A stretch of 62,458 nt of DNA, filler included, from Collodictyon triciliatum (GCA_043381765.1; 24 parts of 24 records of this genome joined end to end with filler, not necessarily neighbours in it), one strand, 5' to 3'; positions 24,831 through 37,845 are shown, counted from the first letter of the whole stretch. Numbers and translations: made by a program. Notes: a model not told the origin generated them from the letters alone.

Positions 24831-25831
24831 TCTTCACATCCCAGCATAATGGAGAGCCTTTGCGGGTCTTGTGTGAAGCAGACTGCGTCGTCTTCCGGCA
24901 TAGTGGAGAGCCTCTGCGATTGTGTGTGAAGAAGACTGCGTCGTATTCCGGCATAGTGGAGAGCCTTCGAGGGTCTTGTGTAAGCAGACTGCGTCGTATT
25001 CCGGCATAATGGAGAGCCTTCGAGGGTTGTGTGTGTGAAGTAGACTGCGTCGTCTTCCGGCATAGTGGAGAGCCTTCGCGGGTCTTGTGAAGCAGACTGC
25101 ATCGTATTCCGGCATAGTGCAGAGCCTTTGTGTGTGTCTTGTGTGTGAAGCAGACTGCGTCGTATTCCGGCATAGTGGAGGGCCTTTCAGGGTTGCGTGT
25201 GTGAAGCAGACTGCGTCGTAATCACGGCATAGTGGAGAGCCTTCGAGGGCGTGTCTTGTGTCTTGTGAAGCAGACTGCGTCGTATTCCGGCATAGTGCAG
25301 AGCCTTCGGGGGTTGCGTGTGTGAAGCAGACTTCGTTGCTCGATATAAAGGGCATTGGGCTTCGAATATTCCACATATCTGACACATATCGCACTATTTA
25401 CACAAGAAAAATTCAATTTTTATACTCCATGCATGAATATACCATTCTGTATGAATTATAATAAAAAAAACATTGACCAAGTATATGCAAATACAATGCA
25501 AGGTGCTCGAAGCGAAGATAAAAAAATAGAATATCTGATTGCTTAAGACTTACGGCTTTCGTATCCGGGCATAATGCAGAGCCTTGCGGGTCTTGTGTTT
25601 CTTGTGAAGCAGACTGCGTCGACGTTCGGCATAGTGGAGAGCCTTTGTGTGTGTCTTGTGTGTGTGTGTGTGAAGCAGACTGCGTCGTATCCCGGCATAG
25701 TGGAGAGCCTTCGAGGGTTGTGTGTGAAACAGATTTCGTCGTATTCCGGCATAATGGAGAGTCTTTGCGGGTTGTGTGTCTTGTGAAGCAGACTGCGTCG
25801 TATTCCGGCGTAATGGAGAGCCTTCGAGGAT
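23670..25831. repeat. Composite array: ~54-bp GC-rich minisatellite (~25 units) plus three ~220-bp AT-rich cassettes
   Basis: Unit GTGAAGCAGACTGCGTCGTATTCCGGCATAGTGGAGAGCCTTCG(A/T)GGGTCTTGT, spacing 52-64 bp (mode 54) from 24228 to 25326 and again ~25560-25831; cassettes at ~23679-23900, ~23958-24182, ~25331-25553. Confidence 0.95.
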
Positions 25832-26103
25832 NNNNNNNNNNNNNNNNNNNNNNNNNNNNNNNNNNNNNNNNNNNNTTAATTAATTAANNNNNNNNNNNNN
25901 NNNNNNNNNNNNNNNNNNNNNNNNNNNNNNNATAAAAAGAAACATAAAAAGAAACATAAAAAGAAACATAAAAAGAAACATAAAAAGAAACATAAAAAGA
26001 AACATAAAAAGAAACATAAAAAGAAACATAAAAAGAAACATAAAAAGAAGAAAAAAGTAATGATGTACATCAGACTGCGCAGTATGCGCTGATTAACCTA
26101 AAC

Positions 26104-27357
26104 GTGTTTAACTCAAGACCTTTTTCTTGCACAGTTGGGCGCGGCTCTCTCCAAAACTTTTTCAATCAGCTAAAGAAACAGCGATTCTCTGCACAAACTT
26201 CATGTAGAACACTGTGGAGTGTGCTCAACAAAGCAACTGGAGGTGAAGAAAGCATCCCCCTGCTTTCTGGGATATGGAACGCAACATTTCGCGCTGCGCA
26301 AGGAACGGAGCAAACTATTGTCCATTCGTTGATCAGTCTCTACCAATCGGGGAGTGATGTATTGATTGTGGATTCCCTTCCTTTGTCACAGAGCGTGGGC
26401 CGGCTGGGGGTGGGATATGTTCGACAGCATCTCAAAGCGGACACAGCTAGGTCGAAAAACAAAAAGCTGAGTGATTCTCCCTCATATCAACTCCACTTCG
26501 AGTGGATTGATTTTGTTAATTCAGACTATGTCCAAAGTCATTCCCACTGGTGGGCACAGCATACAGCGAAGTCTGAGTATCACAAAATGGAGCTAGTTGC
26601 ATCCGTTTCTTCTAAAAGTATGACTTTTGTGGGGAACGGCACCGGAGACTTAGTTTCACTTCAGCTAGTAAAGAGTCAGCAAGGTAAAGATTCTGATGTG
26701 AGAGTATAAAAGAAACTAACAAACTAACAAACTAACAAACTAACAAACTAACAAACTAACAAACTAACAAACCAACAAACTAACAAACTAAGAAACTAAG
26801 AAACTAAGAAACTAAGAAACTAAGAAACTAAGAAACTAAGAAACTAAGAAACTAAGAAACTAACAAAAGAAAACAAAAGAAAACAAAAGAAAACAAAAGA
26901 AAACAAAAGAAAACAAAAGAAAACAAAAGAAAACAAAAGAAAACAAAAGAAAACAAAAGAAAACAAAAGAAAAGGATTTTGGGATATGTTTTCCACGACC
27001 AAACCATTATGTGATTTGCATCATAATTTCCATTTACCATCGGTATTAGGTATGTGTGCCGACTTTCCAAAGTCACACCGGTATGGTGGGACATGGTCCA
27101 ATGATAGAATGACCATACAGCTTGTTCAGGTCAACCACCATCTTGTGGGCTTTGTCAGCTTACCAGAAACCGAGGCAAAATTGATTGAAGGAATCACATT
27201 GAATAGAGACATCCATATATTCTTCCACAGGTTGGATGCTAAGGTAGCACCCTCCTTCATGTCTTTGAAGGCTGACCGAGCTGGTGCTGTGCTGAATGTC
27301 GTTTCGCAGAACGGATTCCATGGAGGGTTTTTGTCTCCCTTCATAAGGAAAAATTGA
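26104..27357 (+). CDS. Hypothetical protein, last two exons
   Basis: Two long non-repetitive ORFs separated by a microsatellite-filled GT-AG intron (~26698-26973); no family recognised. Confidence 0.6.
26710..26972. repeat. Compound intronic microsatellite (AAACTAAC)n-(AAGAAACT)n-(AAAAGAAAAC)n
   Basis: Three consecutive related tandem motifs. Confidence 0.95.
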
Positions 27358-27704
27358 GCCAGAGCCTAATGGGCTGTCGAGGTCACCAGCGAAGGCTTTC
27401 GATAGGGTTGACGTGAGCGGCACTAAGAGGCAAATCGTGTTTCCACACCCCAAGATGGAAACACACAGACACAGAGATAATCAAGACAACATCGAAAATA
27501 AAGCTTATACCACAGTAAAATAATGCATGCGGCTATTTAGGCATGCCCTTCATGTGCGGAATGGCCAACGCATAAAATTTCGTGAGATTGAGAGCCACTT
27601 CCAAAAGCAAGCTGGCACGTCTCTTAAATATGTGGATGTCTTGTATTTCACAGGTGCGAAGAATGAATGCGTAGCATGCGCACACACAATAATAGATGTA
27701 AACG

Positions 27705-28527
27705 AAAGACACATTCCCATACCTCTCCTCGCTTGCGGTTAGAGTAGCGAAGAATGCGGGCGTGTTTCAGCAGGCTGTTCAGGAAGCTGTATTTCACGAG
27801 GCTTTCAAGCCTGGCTACATTGATTTCTCGTTGGGTGAGGCACTGGAGCGAGAGAATGCACGCACACTCCATAAGGACCACAGTATATGTTCCCTTGTGA
27901 CTGTCCAAAGTATTCTAGAGTCGTGGGTCATTTGGTATTGTAGGCCAAACAAGATGTCAGACGCGCTGAGTCGGTAGCATAATCAAGCTCAGAGAGCATC
28001 TTGTGGATAGATTCCGTCACTTTTTGAGCCAGAGAGCACTTAATAAATGTGTGTTCGATAAAGCCGTCTCCATTATGGCACATGGTGCATTCTGGGGAGG
28101 TCGTTGTTGCATGAACTACACACGCACCTATCCACAACTCTCTTGGAAATATATAGGAGCAGGGCGCGATGTTTCGAAAGCAACTAATATTTGGTTATAT
28201 GAAATCTATTAGATGCTACATTCCACGCTGCCAAAATCCTTACGGACGGGTAAGCATATCTGTCCACTATCTCATCGTGAGCGATGTCCATGCAATGCCA
28301 GGCGTTATAAGCCCCAGTCCTCCCTCCGTAGGTGGCTTAGAGAGCGTCTTGATTTTGTAATTTTTGATTATTCGTAGTGATGAAGTTGCGGCAGATGTCT
28401 TCCAGCTCCTTCAGCCTCTTGAGATTCAGCAAAGTGCCTTTCATGTTGTAGATAAGGGTCGACAACATCACTTGGTTCCACAACCTTACTTTCCCCACGT
28501 CCGAGAGATGAAAGTTGCTCCACACTG
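27705..28527 (-). mobile_element. L1/Tx1-like retrotransposon ORF2 fragment, subfamily B, degenerate and internally deleted
   Basis: GKVRLWNQVMLSTLIY...ICRNFITT...GGLGLITP, then directly the CCHC knuckle CTMCHNGDGFIEHTFIKC and SFLNSLLKHARILRY; stops and frameshifts. Confidence 0.85.
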
Positions 28528-28963
28528 NNNNNNNNNNNNNNNNNNNNNNNNNNNNNNNNNNNNNNNNNNNNTTAATTAATTAANNNNNNNNNNNNNNNNN
28601 NNNNNNNNNNNNNNNNNNNNNNNNNNNCCAATAAAAAACCCAATAAAAAACCCAATAAAAAACCCAATAAAAAACCCAATAAAAAACCCAATAAAAAACC
28701 CAATTAAAAACCAATAAAAAACATGAAGTCAATAATAAGGCAACAAAGTGAAATTGGTGTACTAGATAGCGTGCAACCATACCTTCTGCCTCCTTGTTCT
28801 CATCCACCTTTCCCACTTCCTGACTCATTTTCCTGGCTCTGGCTTTTCGGTTGCGATCTCGGCAGACAGCAGATGATCACAATAATAAATACACCATTTC
28901 CACAATAAGATAACCATAAAAGGCATGTTTATTCACTCGGGTTTCTTTCCGGCTGAGCCCCGC

Positions 28964-30366
28964 CTACTTCCGGGTGCGCTTGAAGTACTCCTGCGCCACG
29001 ATGAAACAGGCGTTAGTGAAGCCACATCGAATAACTAATAAACTAAACATACACAAGAATAAATAATTGATATCAATAATAACAAAGTTCATAAATATTT
29101 CTTGAAATTTATGAACCTGGTTGGATTCTTGAACACACTTTGAGAAGGCCGATACTTGGTTCTGAACACCGTGAATAAAACGCAAATGTGAGTCAACTGG
29201 GGAGTAATTCACTGTGCATATATTACTAAATCCCGAGAAAGAAAGTGAATGTAACCAAAAAATGAGGTCATACAATTTTATACTGATATATAAATGGCGA
29301 GAAAAAACACCAGGATATAAATAAAGAAAAAGTAAAGTCAGGACCCAGCATTTGAGAGGGTCGGCCTTGTTTTCTCGGTAGCATTCTACAGAGGCGGCGC
29401 TGTATGCTTGACAAGGGGGTTCACTCTTTGCCGAACTGCCCAAGGACAAGAAAAATCAATAAACGCACTCCAAAATTATTCAATTAAATGATGATTATAA
29501 TGCAACCGTTGATTTAAAGGATGAGACATGTGTGCCAATCCGAATGGATATACATAAACAAATTAAATATGCCACATGGAGTAATTTTTTTTTTTTACTA
29601 CAAACCCAACATTCTCATTGATAAGGAAATCCGTTTTTTGTCTAAGGCTTTCAAGCCTCTCGCTCTCGAGTTTCATCATGGTTTCATACTGCTCGTTAAC
29701 TTTTCTGCTCCAGTCAAATAATTATTGTTTTGCATGATTAAAAAACAATCAAAATTTTATAACATAGTAGTGATTATGTAAACATCCAAGCGCTTTTAAT
29801 TGGTAATGGACGATAAACACGTCGCAAAATTTTCTTCTTTTCTTTCTTTTTTTTTGGTTAGAGAGGGTTAAAAGATGGAACAAACTGCGATGTTTCCTCA
29901 TGTTTTAGAATGTCTCTGCGAGCGGTTATCATGTAGCGGTGAGAAAGAATCGTTTGCGTAAACTGGCGATTGTCTGGTGCGTCTTGCGAGCGTCTCTCCT
30001 TTAAAAAAAACAAAAACAAAACAAAACATAATGTGAAAAAATTAGACAAAAATAAGAATAAAAAATCAAGATAACTTTTTTAGAGCATTATAGCATCATT
30101 GAAACCTGTGCAGCTCTAATCCTCTCATTCCTAAGGTCTTCCTCTTGTTGTTTTTTCTTTTGGTGGTAGAGCGGATCGGAAACAGAACCCATGAATCCCT
30201 CTGTAAACTGAGTGTCGTACAATAGCCTGGTTAAACCCGAAAGCAACGGGCAGAGTGTCCTTCGCGCAGGGAAAACACAATATGACGGGGTGAGAATGGA
30301 AGGAAATGAACTCACCAGAATAAGTCCTCCGGGGACCTGCACGACGTAGTTGACCTCGGCTTGCAT
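28964..30366 (-). CDS. Coiled-coil + twin Cx9C (CHCH) mitochondrial protein, Mic19/CHCHD3-like
   Basis: Charged coiled-coil exons then CQAYSAASVEC-YRENKADPLK-C|QNQVSAFSKC (Cx9C-x10-Cx9C), ending EYFKRTRK*. Confidence 0.7.
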
Positions 30367-31126
30367 CCTCGCCCAACCTGTGATTGCTATACGAGGGAAT
30401 AAACTAAAAAAGAAAAAAAAGANNNNNNNNNNNNNNNNNNNNNNNNNNNNNNNNNNNNNNNNNNNNNNNNNNNNNNNNNNNNNNNNNNNNNNNNNNNNNN
30501 NNNNNNNNNNNNNNNNNNNNNNNNNNNNNNNNNNNNNNNNNNNNNNNNNNNNNNNNNNNNNNNNNNNNNNNNNNNNNNNNNNNNNNNNNNNNNNNNNNNN
30601 NNNNNNNNNNNNNNNNNNNNNNNNNNNNNNNNNNNNNNNNNNNNNNNNNNNNNNNNNNNNNNNNNNNNNNNNNNNNNNNNNNNNNNNNNNNNNNNNNNNN
30701 NNNNNNNNNNNNNNNNNNNNNNNNNNNNNNNNNNNNNNNNNNNNNNNNNNNNNNNNNNNNNNNNNNNNNNNNNNNNNNNNNNNNNNNNNNNNNNNNNNNN
30801 NNNNNNNNNNNNNNNNNNNNNNNNNNNNNNNNNNNNNNNNNNNNNNNNNNNNNNNNNNNNNNNNNNNNNNNNNNNNNNNNNNNNNNNNNNNNNNNNNNNN
30901 NNNNNNNNNNNNNNNNNNNNNNGCTGCACACCTTGTGTTTGCTTCATCACATCCTTGGAAAGACAGGGAGAAAAGCGTGAGCAGTAGCAGTTTCTGGGGC
31001 GAATATCGGCCTGTTTGCAACACTGAATCGTTCGTTTCAGGTGTGACAGGACTCAGGGAGGGAAAACCTGTCAAAAGAATACAAATGCGGATTCATCTGT
31101 TTTCCCAATTTTCTCTATTATTCTAT

Positions 31127-31223
<97 letters not shown>
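31127..31223. repeat. (TTG)n microsatellite
   Basis: Perfect trinucleotide run to the contig end. Confidence 0.95.
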
Positions 31224-31517
31224 NNNNNNNNNNNNNNNNNNNNNNNNNNNNNNNNNNNNNNNNNNNNTTAATTAATTAANNNNNNNNNNNNNNNNNNNNN
31301 NNNNNNNNNNNNNNNNNNNNNNNAAAAACAAAAACAAAAACAAAAACAAAAACAAAAACAAAAACAAAAACAAAAACAAAAACAAAAACAAAAACAAAAA
31401 CAAAAACAAAAACAAAAACAAAAACAAAAACAAAAACAAAAACAGAAACAGAAACAGAAACAGAAACAGAAACAGAAACAGAAACATACCCTATAATTTT
31501 AAATAAAAAAAACATAC

Positions 31518-33920
31518 CGCTTATTTCGTTGAGCGCTGATTGCATTCGGTCCATTTGTATTAGACTGCATAGGGCTTTGTACCGAGGTGATGTTCGGCTG
31601 ATAACATAAAATACTAATTAGCTATCGAAAAATCGTGACCTTTACTGATATTAAGCATCCAAAAAAATCAACAAACTTGGCGAGGTGACGCTTGGTTGGG
31701 AATGCTTGGGACAGAAGGATTTCGGGGCGACTGAAGATTTGATGGTGATGTAATGGAAGAGGATGGAGCTGCTGTATTTAGGGGACGTTGCAGTTGTAGT
31801 GTTGGTCCGCCAAAAGAATCGCTTGCACCTGATACACTTGGATCAGAAGTTGTGCTGCAGTTTTGTGTGTGCAGTGGAGTGGACGTGGCCTGTGATTCAA
31901 ACTCGGATGTTGTGGTAAAGGTGCGGGACATATGGATGCATCGTAACAGAATATCTTTCATTCGGTCCTAAATTGAAAGTTTGGCATACATGAAGAAAGG
32001 GATAGAAAATTATTAAATGAAGCCTTATTCTTGTAGACGAAAACATGATATTCTTTGCTACGAACTTTTTTCCTGAGACGTATTTACCTCTAGTGCACGA
32101 TACATCAAAGTACAAGCTTCTTCACTGACACCTTGAAGCCTATAATAATGTGCAAATTTGAAAGAAAAAGGTCACTTTATATTTACCCACAGCTTTGTAT
32201 GATGTCACAGAGTACCAGCTGAAATATGACAAGGAAATTCAATAATGATAAAAAAGTAAGACGCAGATGTGGATGGTTCTGGTTTCATACTCACCCAGAC
32301 TCTGCTGCGTGACATTGCATTCTCATCTTCAGCAAGTTGATATCCGGTAACTCGTATGTTTTACTGCATCAGACGTAAATACATGATAAATGTTGTGTAT
32401 TGGATAGCATATTTCTGAAAACATCGATGTGGAGTTTGCATTTGTTCACAAGTTGCAAAACTTTTGTCGAGAATAGACAAATCAGAGAACCTTCCATCCG
32501 GTTCAATAGCAGTTGACCTCAGAAATGCGGCTATCATACCAGGGTTGATATGCGCCTGCAGAAAAATGAAAGGGTTACACGAACTTCATTCGCAAACGTG
32601 GACTATCGTTCTATTTTCCAGAAATATCCTGATTAAAGCTTCAATTTTTTTATTATTATCTTTTGGTTTACAGAAAAGAATCTTACTGTCGTTTCTGTCG
32701 GCCTTATGTGCTGCTCCACTAAATTTTACATAAAAAAAGTCGTTGTGAAATGAAACTATTTTTCTTTGAAATTAAGCTATACCTTGTTTTATGATATCAA
32801 AATTAAATATTCTTCTATTCATGATAAAAATGAGACATAGATACCATAAGAAAAGAAACATAATTGTGCATCGTTCATGGAACACATACATTTGATTTTC
32901 TTTGGACCCGGGGCATCCAAAGATGAATTTCCCTGATTGGATGCGTTCTGGAGTAATCCTTGAGCTGCTTGTAGCTGCGCTGGCGACGAGCTGTTCATGG
33001 ATGGGGAACCGAGAGTGCTGGGAAGTGACCCAACGGAACTCACAGATGCAGCGGCGGCCGCGGCTGCAGCCGCAGCTTCCCTAGCCTTCTTTGTAATTTT
33101 CTTCGGTTTTGTTTGTGTTTGGGTGTTGGGTACACTATCAGACATTCCAGACGAATCTAGAGAAGGGATGAATTCATTATGTGAGTACAGTTGCGTATCT
33201 TAGGTATCGACTAGCTTTTCAAAAGCGATCGCTGAAATTATCTTGGTAAGAGATAAAACATATTCACATTACATGAGCGTTAAGTTGATCATCAATTATG
33301 ATGAAAGCATAGTGTTTTTATTTGATTGACTTTAACCTATGCTGTGGCTGAGTATATACTTTAACAGAACTTTGCTTCTATTGAATCGAAGTCGTCGAGT
33401 TGCAAGGGGAAAAGGTCGAATTGATGGGCCAAGTGTTATAGAAAGCTAAAATATAATCTCATATGAACCAAACTTCAAAATGAGTTTTTAAATAAAATGA
33501 TATTTCGGCTACTTTATTTTTGTTTCAAAGTAAAGAAGTCGTCATAATGAAAATTCTTTTGGGAAAGTCGAATACTAGAAATGTATGGATATGTGGAATA
33601 TAATTACGTTCGGTAATGCTGTTTGTTTATCTGTTGCAGGCGCTCTTGGCTTCTTTGTTTTCTGGATAGAAAGTAGGAAAAAATATAAAGAAAGAAATAA
33701 CTGGTTAGTATAATATCATCAAATTGTTCTACCGTGAGCTAACTACAGAACTTTCCTTTTTCTTCTTCTTTTTCTTCTTTTTCTTCTTTTTCTTCTTTTT
33801 TTTCTTCTTTTTTTTCTTCTTTTTTTTTTTTTTGAGGACAGAAAGAAATTGATGTAGGATGAAAAAGAGAAATCAAGAGAAATAAAAAGATACCTTTCCT
33901 CCAGATGTTTGCGAGGCTAG
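31518..33920 (-). CDS. H2A-like histone-fold transcription cofactor (TAF4- or ADA1/TADA1-like), partial
   Basis: Spliced LVLCDIIQSCG|LQGVSEEACTLMYRALE|DRMKDILLRCIHMSR resembles the TAF12-binding histone fold of both ADA1 and TAF4; flanked by Ala/Ser/Pro-rich regions. Confidence 0.6.
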
Positions 33921-34020
33921 NNNNNNNNNNNNNNNNNNNNNNNNNNNNNNNNNNNNNNNNNNNNTTAATTAATTAANNNNNNNNNNNNNNNNNNNNNNNN
34001 NNNNNNNNNNNNNNNNNNNN

Positions 34021-34333
34021 TTGGGCAATAATTATCGGAGGAATCGTTTGCGTATCTGCTGTCACGCTCATTTCACTAGCATTCCTGCTCTATATGAGGA
34101 GAATTAAAAGAAATGTTATCGTCGTTTGTGAGCAAAATCTCTCGAAAAATCCATCCGGCGCTTCGCTTTTACACAACTTGAATAGCCAGAACTTTGAGCC
34201 ACTGCAAATCGTTGTTGGTGACAACTCGTCAAATCCATCTCCAACAGAACATATCCATTTATCACGCCTTTACAATTCAACTCAATCTCCTTCTTTTTCA
34301 TGTGGTGAATCGGATTCTGAAAACTCGGCCTAG
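34021..34333 (+). CDS. 3' end of a single-pass membrane protein
   Basis: WAIIIGGIVCVSAVTLISLAFLLYM-RRIKR (TM helix + basic stop-transfer), Ser-rich tail, TAG at 34333. Confidence 0.65.
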
Positions 34334-34579
34334 AATAAAAACAAAATATATAAAAAGATGAATGGACAAAATAAAATAGTCAATAATTAAAAATTGCGAC
34401 TATATTGGAACAATATTTGAGATTATTTTTTTGTTAAGTCCCATTTCGTCTAAAGGGAGAAAAAAAAGGATGCCCTAGACTACCAGTTTCTGAAGCTTCA
34501 TGTTTTCTTTTAGGACGCCCAGCGCCCAGCCAAACATTACATAATCCCATTACTTTCCATATCGTCTAAAAATAATTTT

Positions 34580-36490
34580 AAAACGCCCTCTCGCCAATCC
34601 TCTCCTTGCAAACACACTCGAAAGTACGAGACTCGAGTGCACAACTCGACCAAGGCTCCTCAGCCACACCGAACCGCTTATCAAAGAGAGCCCAGNNNNN
34701 NNNNNNNNNNNNNNNNNNNNNNNNNNNNNNNNNNNNNNNNNNNNNNNNNNNNNNNNNNNNNNNNNNNNNNNNNNNNNNNNNNNNNNNNNNNNNNNNNNNN
34801 NNNNNNNNNNNNNNNNNNNNNNNNNNNNNNNNNNNNNNNNNNNNNNNNNNNNNNNNNNNNNNNNNNNNNNNNNNNNNNNNNNNNNNNNNNNNNNNNNNNN
34901 NNNNNNNNATCACCACCACAACAAATCGAGGTGTTTGGGCTCTTGCGGAGGGCGATAAGGTGCTGGAAATGACAGCTTCTCGAGTCGACAAAAGATGCCG
35001 TACATTCATCACAACAAAGAGACAGCAATACAAAATCAAAACACTGATTAAGCCACCCACAGAAGAAGGCGTTGGACTCATCACACCCAAAACCGCATGG
35101 ATATCACTGACCTTGAAGTGGTGGACGGACATGTTCATGCAGCCGAAAGGGTTTTGGCAAATTGGGATGTGGAAACTCATCACCAAACTGTGTGCAGACT
35201 TCAAAACACAGTTGCAACAAAGAACAATCCCACGACCACCTCCAAACACACCCGAGCCTTTGCTCTCGCGTTGGCACATTCTGTATACTCACTGCGAAAT
35301 GACAATACCCCTGAACGAGCCATTAGCAGCAGGACAAATATGCTGGGACAACCAGAAAGGCTTCTGCAGCGTCAAACAGGTACACGAAGGCAACGCGGCC
35401 ACTATCAGATAAATCTCGCTCAAAGAAGACGGCTTATACATCACAACGCCAGGCTCCATAGCATTCCGCACACAAGATGCACACAGCCAACCACAGCCGT
35501 CCTGAATAACAAAGGAAAATGGCGCTCACGCAGACCAATCTCATACGACATCCCGTCGCCATTCTTCCTCCGCCTCAAGAACGAACGCTCGTCCAACGGT
35601 GCGCAGTCTATGCAGTTCTCGATGGCTATGGCCTACTCCAAATTCTTTCGATACAAAATATCGCCGCCGACACCCTACAAAAAGTAAAAGAATCAACGGT
35701 GGAGAGAAACATTAGGCATCACCCACACCTCGCTCACCGCGAGCTGGAGACAAGCACGAACCCCGCAAGTCCTTCCAAATCACCGCTCTCTAATGCTTAA
35801 TATCACCAATAGGAGCTATGGATAGGCACACGCGCGGCAAAAGCTGGCAAAGTCTCCCAACAATGCACACTCTGCAGCAACGGTGATGAATCCATCGAGC
35901 ACACGTTTATGCAACGTCCCTTCGCTCAAAATCTGCACAAAACAGCCGGTGAGATTCTTCGGCTGACACTCAAGACGGCTGCGGCTATTGTTGGCCCAAT
36001 CCAGGCGATATTTGGGCCTCTGCAACAACTGCGTCCAAATGCGAAAACACTCTGGGCAGTGACGCGGGGCCATTTGCTATGACTATGTGGATAGCGCGCA
36101 TATACCCATGCAAAGCAAGACTCAACAACCAGCCACCCATTCCTGATGACAGGCTGAATGACATCATACAAATATCTTTTCTCAATAGCTTTCTTCGCCA
36201 CCTGCACGTTCTCCATTTCTCAAACCCCGTGAAAAGAGACATGTGGAAAGAAGCTGAGAAAAAGATTCAACCCCGCCTTGTATCTCTTATGCAAGCACAA
36301 GACCCAGGCTACAGGCCTAACCGCAGGATGTAATTCCTGATTACCGACTACTTCTCCGCCACCCGGCCACCAAGTAGCGTCCATGCAAACGATGACTAGC
36401 GAATCAAAGCTAATAACTCCGCTTTTTTGCACAAAATTGAAAGGAATAAAATAAGAAAAATAAGAAAAATAAGAAAAATAAGAAAAATAA
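34580..36490 (+). mobile_element. L1/Tx1-like non-LTR retrotransposon, subfamily A: putative 5' end, gap, degenerate 3' half of ORF2, A-rich tail
   Basis: KPPTEEGVGLITP...LKWW, zinc-knuckle remnant CTLCSNGDESIEHTFMQ, MWIAR; internal stops/frameshifts; followed by (TAAGAAAAA)n and (AAT)-rich tail. RT core not visible. Confidence 0.85.
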
Positions 36491-36713
36491 GAAAAATAAA
36501 ATAATAAAATAATAAAATAATAAAATAATAATAAAATAATAATAAAATAATAATAAAATAATAATAAAATAATAATAAAATAATAATAAAATAATAATAA
36601 AATAATAATAAAANNNNNNNNNNNNNNNNNNNNNNNNNNNNNNNNNNNNNNNNNNNNTTAATTAATTAANNNNNNNNNNNNNNNNNNNNNNNNNNNNNNN
36701 NNNNNNNNNNNNN

Positions 36714-36780
<67 letters not shown>

Positions 36781-36882
36781 TTTTTTTTTGGTTTTTTGGC
36801 AGTAGATCAGTTCGTCAGTTTCCATGCTTTAGTTAATATTGTGTACTAGTTCATTCAAAAATAAGTCTTTCTCACGAAACTA

Positions 36883-37845
36883 GAGCTTTGGAGGGACTTG
36901 CGATTGAGATAATCCGTGTTTACTTCGAAAAGGTGTATCAATACATGGAATCAGCGCTTATGATGATGCACCAACCGTAAGATATCAATTTCTCATTGAA
37001 AGCACATAGCATATTGCACAGGATTTACACATTAGCATTGATTGATGAAAACTTATTTGTTACCTAGCATTCAGGTTATTTGCCTTACACCATTTTCTTT
37101 TATCCTTCTCTCTTTTATATAAACTACTCCCAGCAAATCTGGTCTCCTTCCATCTGACGAGACATGCTCCTTGTACATGATTGAGTTTCGGCAAAGAGCT
37201 AACCAGATTCACCGAACTGCCCTTCCTTTGTTCCAGAACCCAACTGGTCTTGGTACGCGGTCGCCACTCGCCCAGTCGTTGTTTTTCACACACTTGCAAG
37301 CCGTGCGCACACAACTTGGCCGATTCTTTGTGCGCAGTGTCTGCCACTTGAGGGACGTCACAGAGACACATCGAATGCAACTCGCTGCCGATTGCGCCGA
37401 ACTTCCCATGAGTCTGCAATCATTTACGTCTCTCCTCCAGAGTGCTCCTCCAACTTTGCTCTCGGGCTCTGAACTGCTCTGGCCCAATATACTGAAGCAG
37501 CTCCATTCTGTGCGTGCCTTGCTCTTCATCGATAGTGCCGAAGTGCCGAATATCACAAATGCACAAGGTACAAACCCGATTGCGAGCCTAGGGTATGGCC
37601 TTACATGTATCCATCTCATGGGTCGCTCTGGAGACGAAATCGCTTCGCCCCATCAAGCCCTGAAGATCGACCTCAAAGCGTGGCTTCACCAACTCGATGT
37701 GTCAACCGATTCACAAATAATAGACGCCGTGTCGAAGGCAATCCAAGCATACGCCGATGCAGCCAATCAGGAAGGGCGGACGCAATATCATCCCGTTTAC
37801 CCCGTTTTATGCGAACTGGTGCGGCTCTCTCGTGGAGGAAGATAG
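36883..37845 (+). CDS. COG5: Conserved oligomeric Golgi complex subunit 5, last exons
   Basis: CSLYMIEF; RMQLAADCAEL; LHSVRALLF; IASPHQ; AIQAYA...YHPVYPVL match the COG5 C-terminus (CSLYMKEL, MRLAADFAQ, LRSFRPLLF, FAPVYPIM). Confidence 0.85.

Noticed and set aside
24220-25330. Hammerhead-ribozyme satellite
   Set aside because: No CTGANGA...GAAA core in the unit on either strand.
24220-25831. CRISPR- or guide-RNA-like array (conserved ~40 bp plus variable ~15 bp)
   Set aside because: The variable parts are related to each other and differ mainly by GT slippage, the conserved part is itself degenerate, and no cas-like gene is present; a minisatellite fits better.
30088-31279. Long ORFs spanning the 500-N gap (likewise across 34696-34908)
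   Set aside because: Their length comes from N runs.
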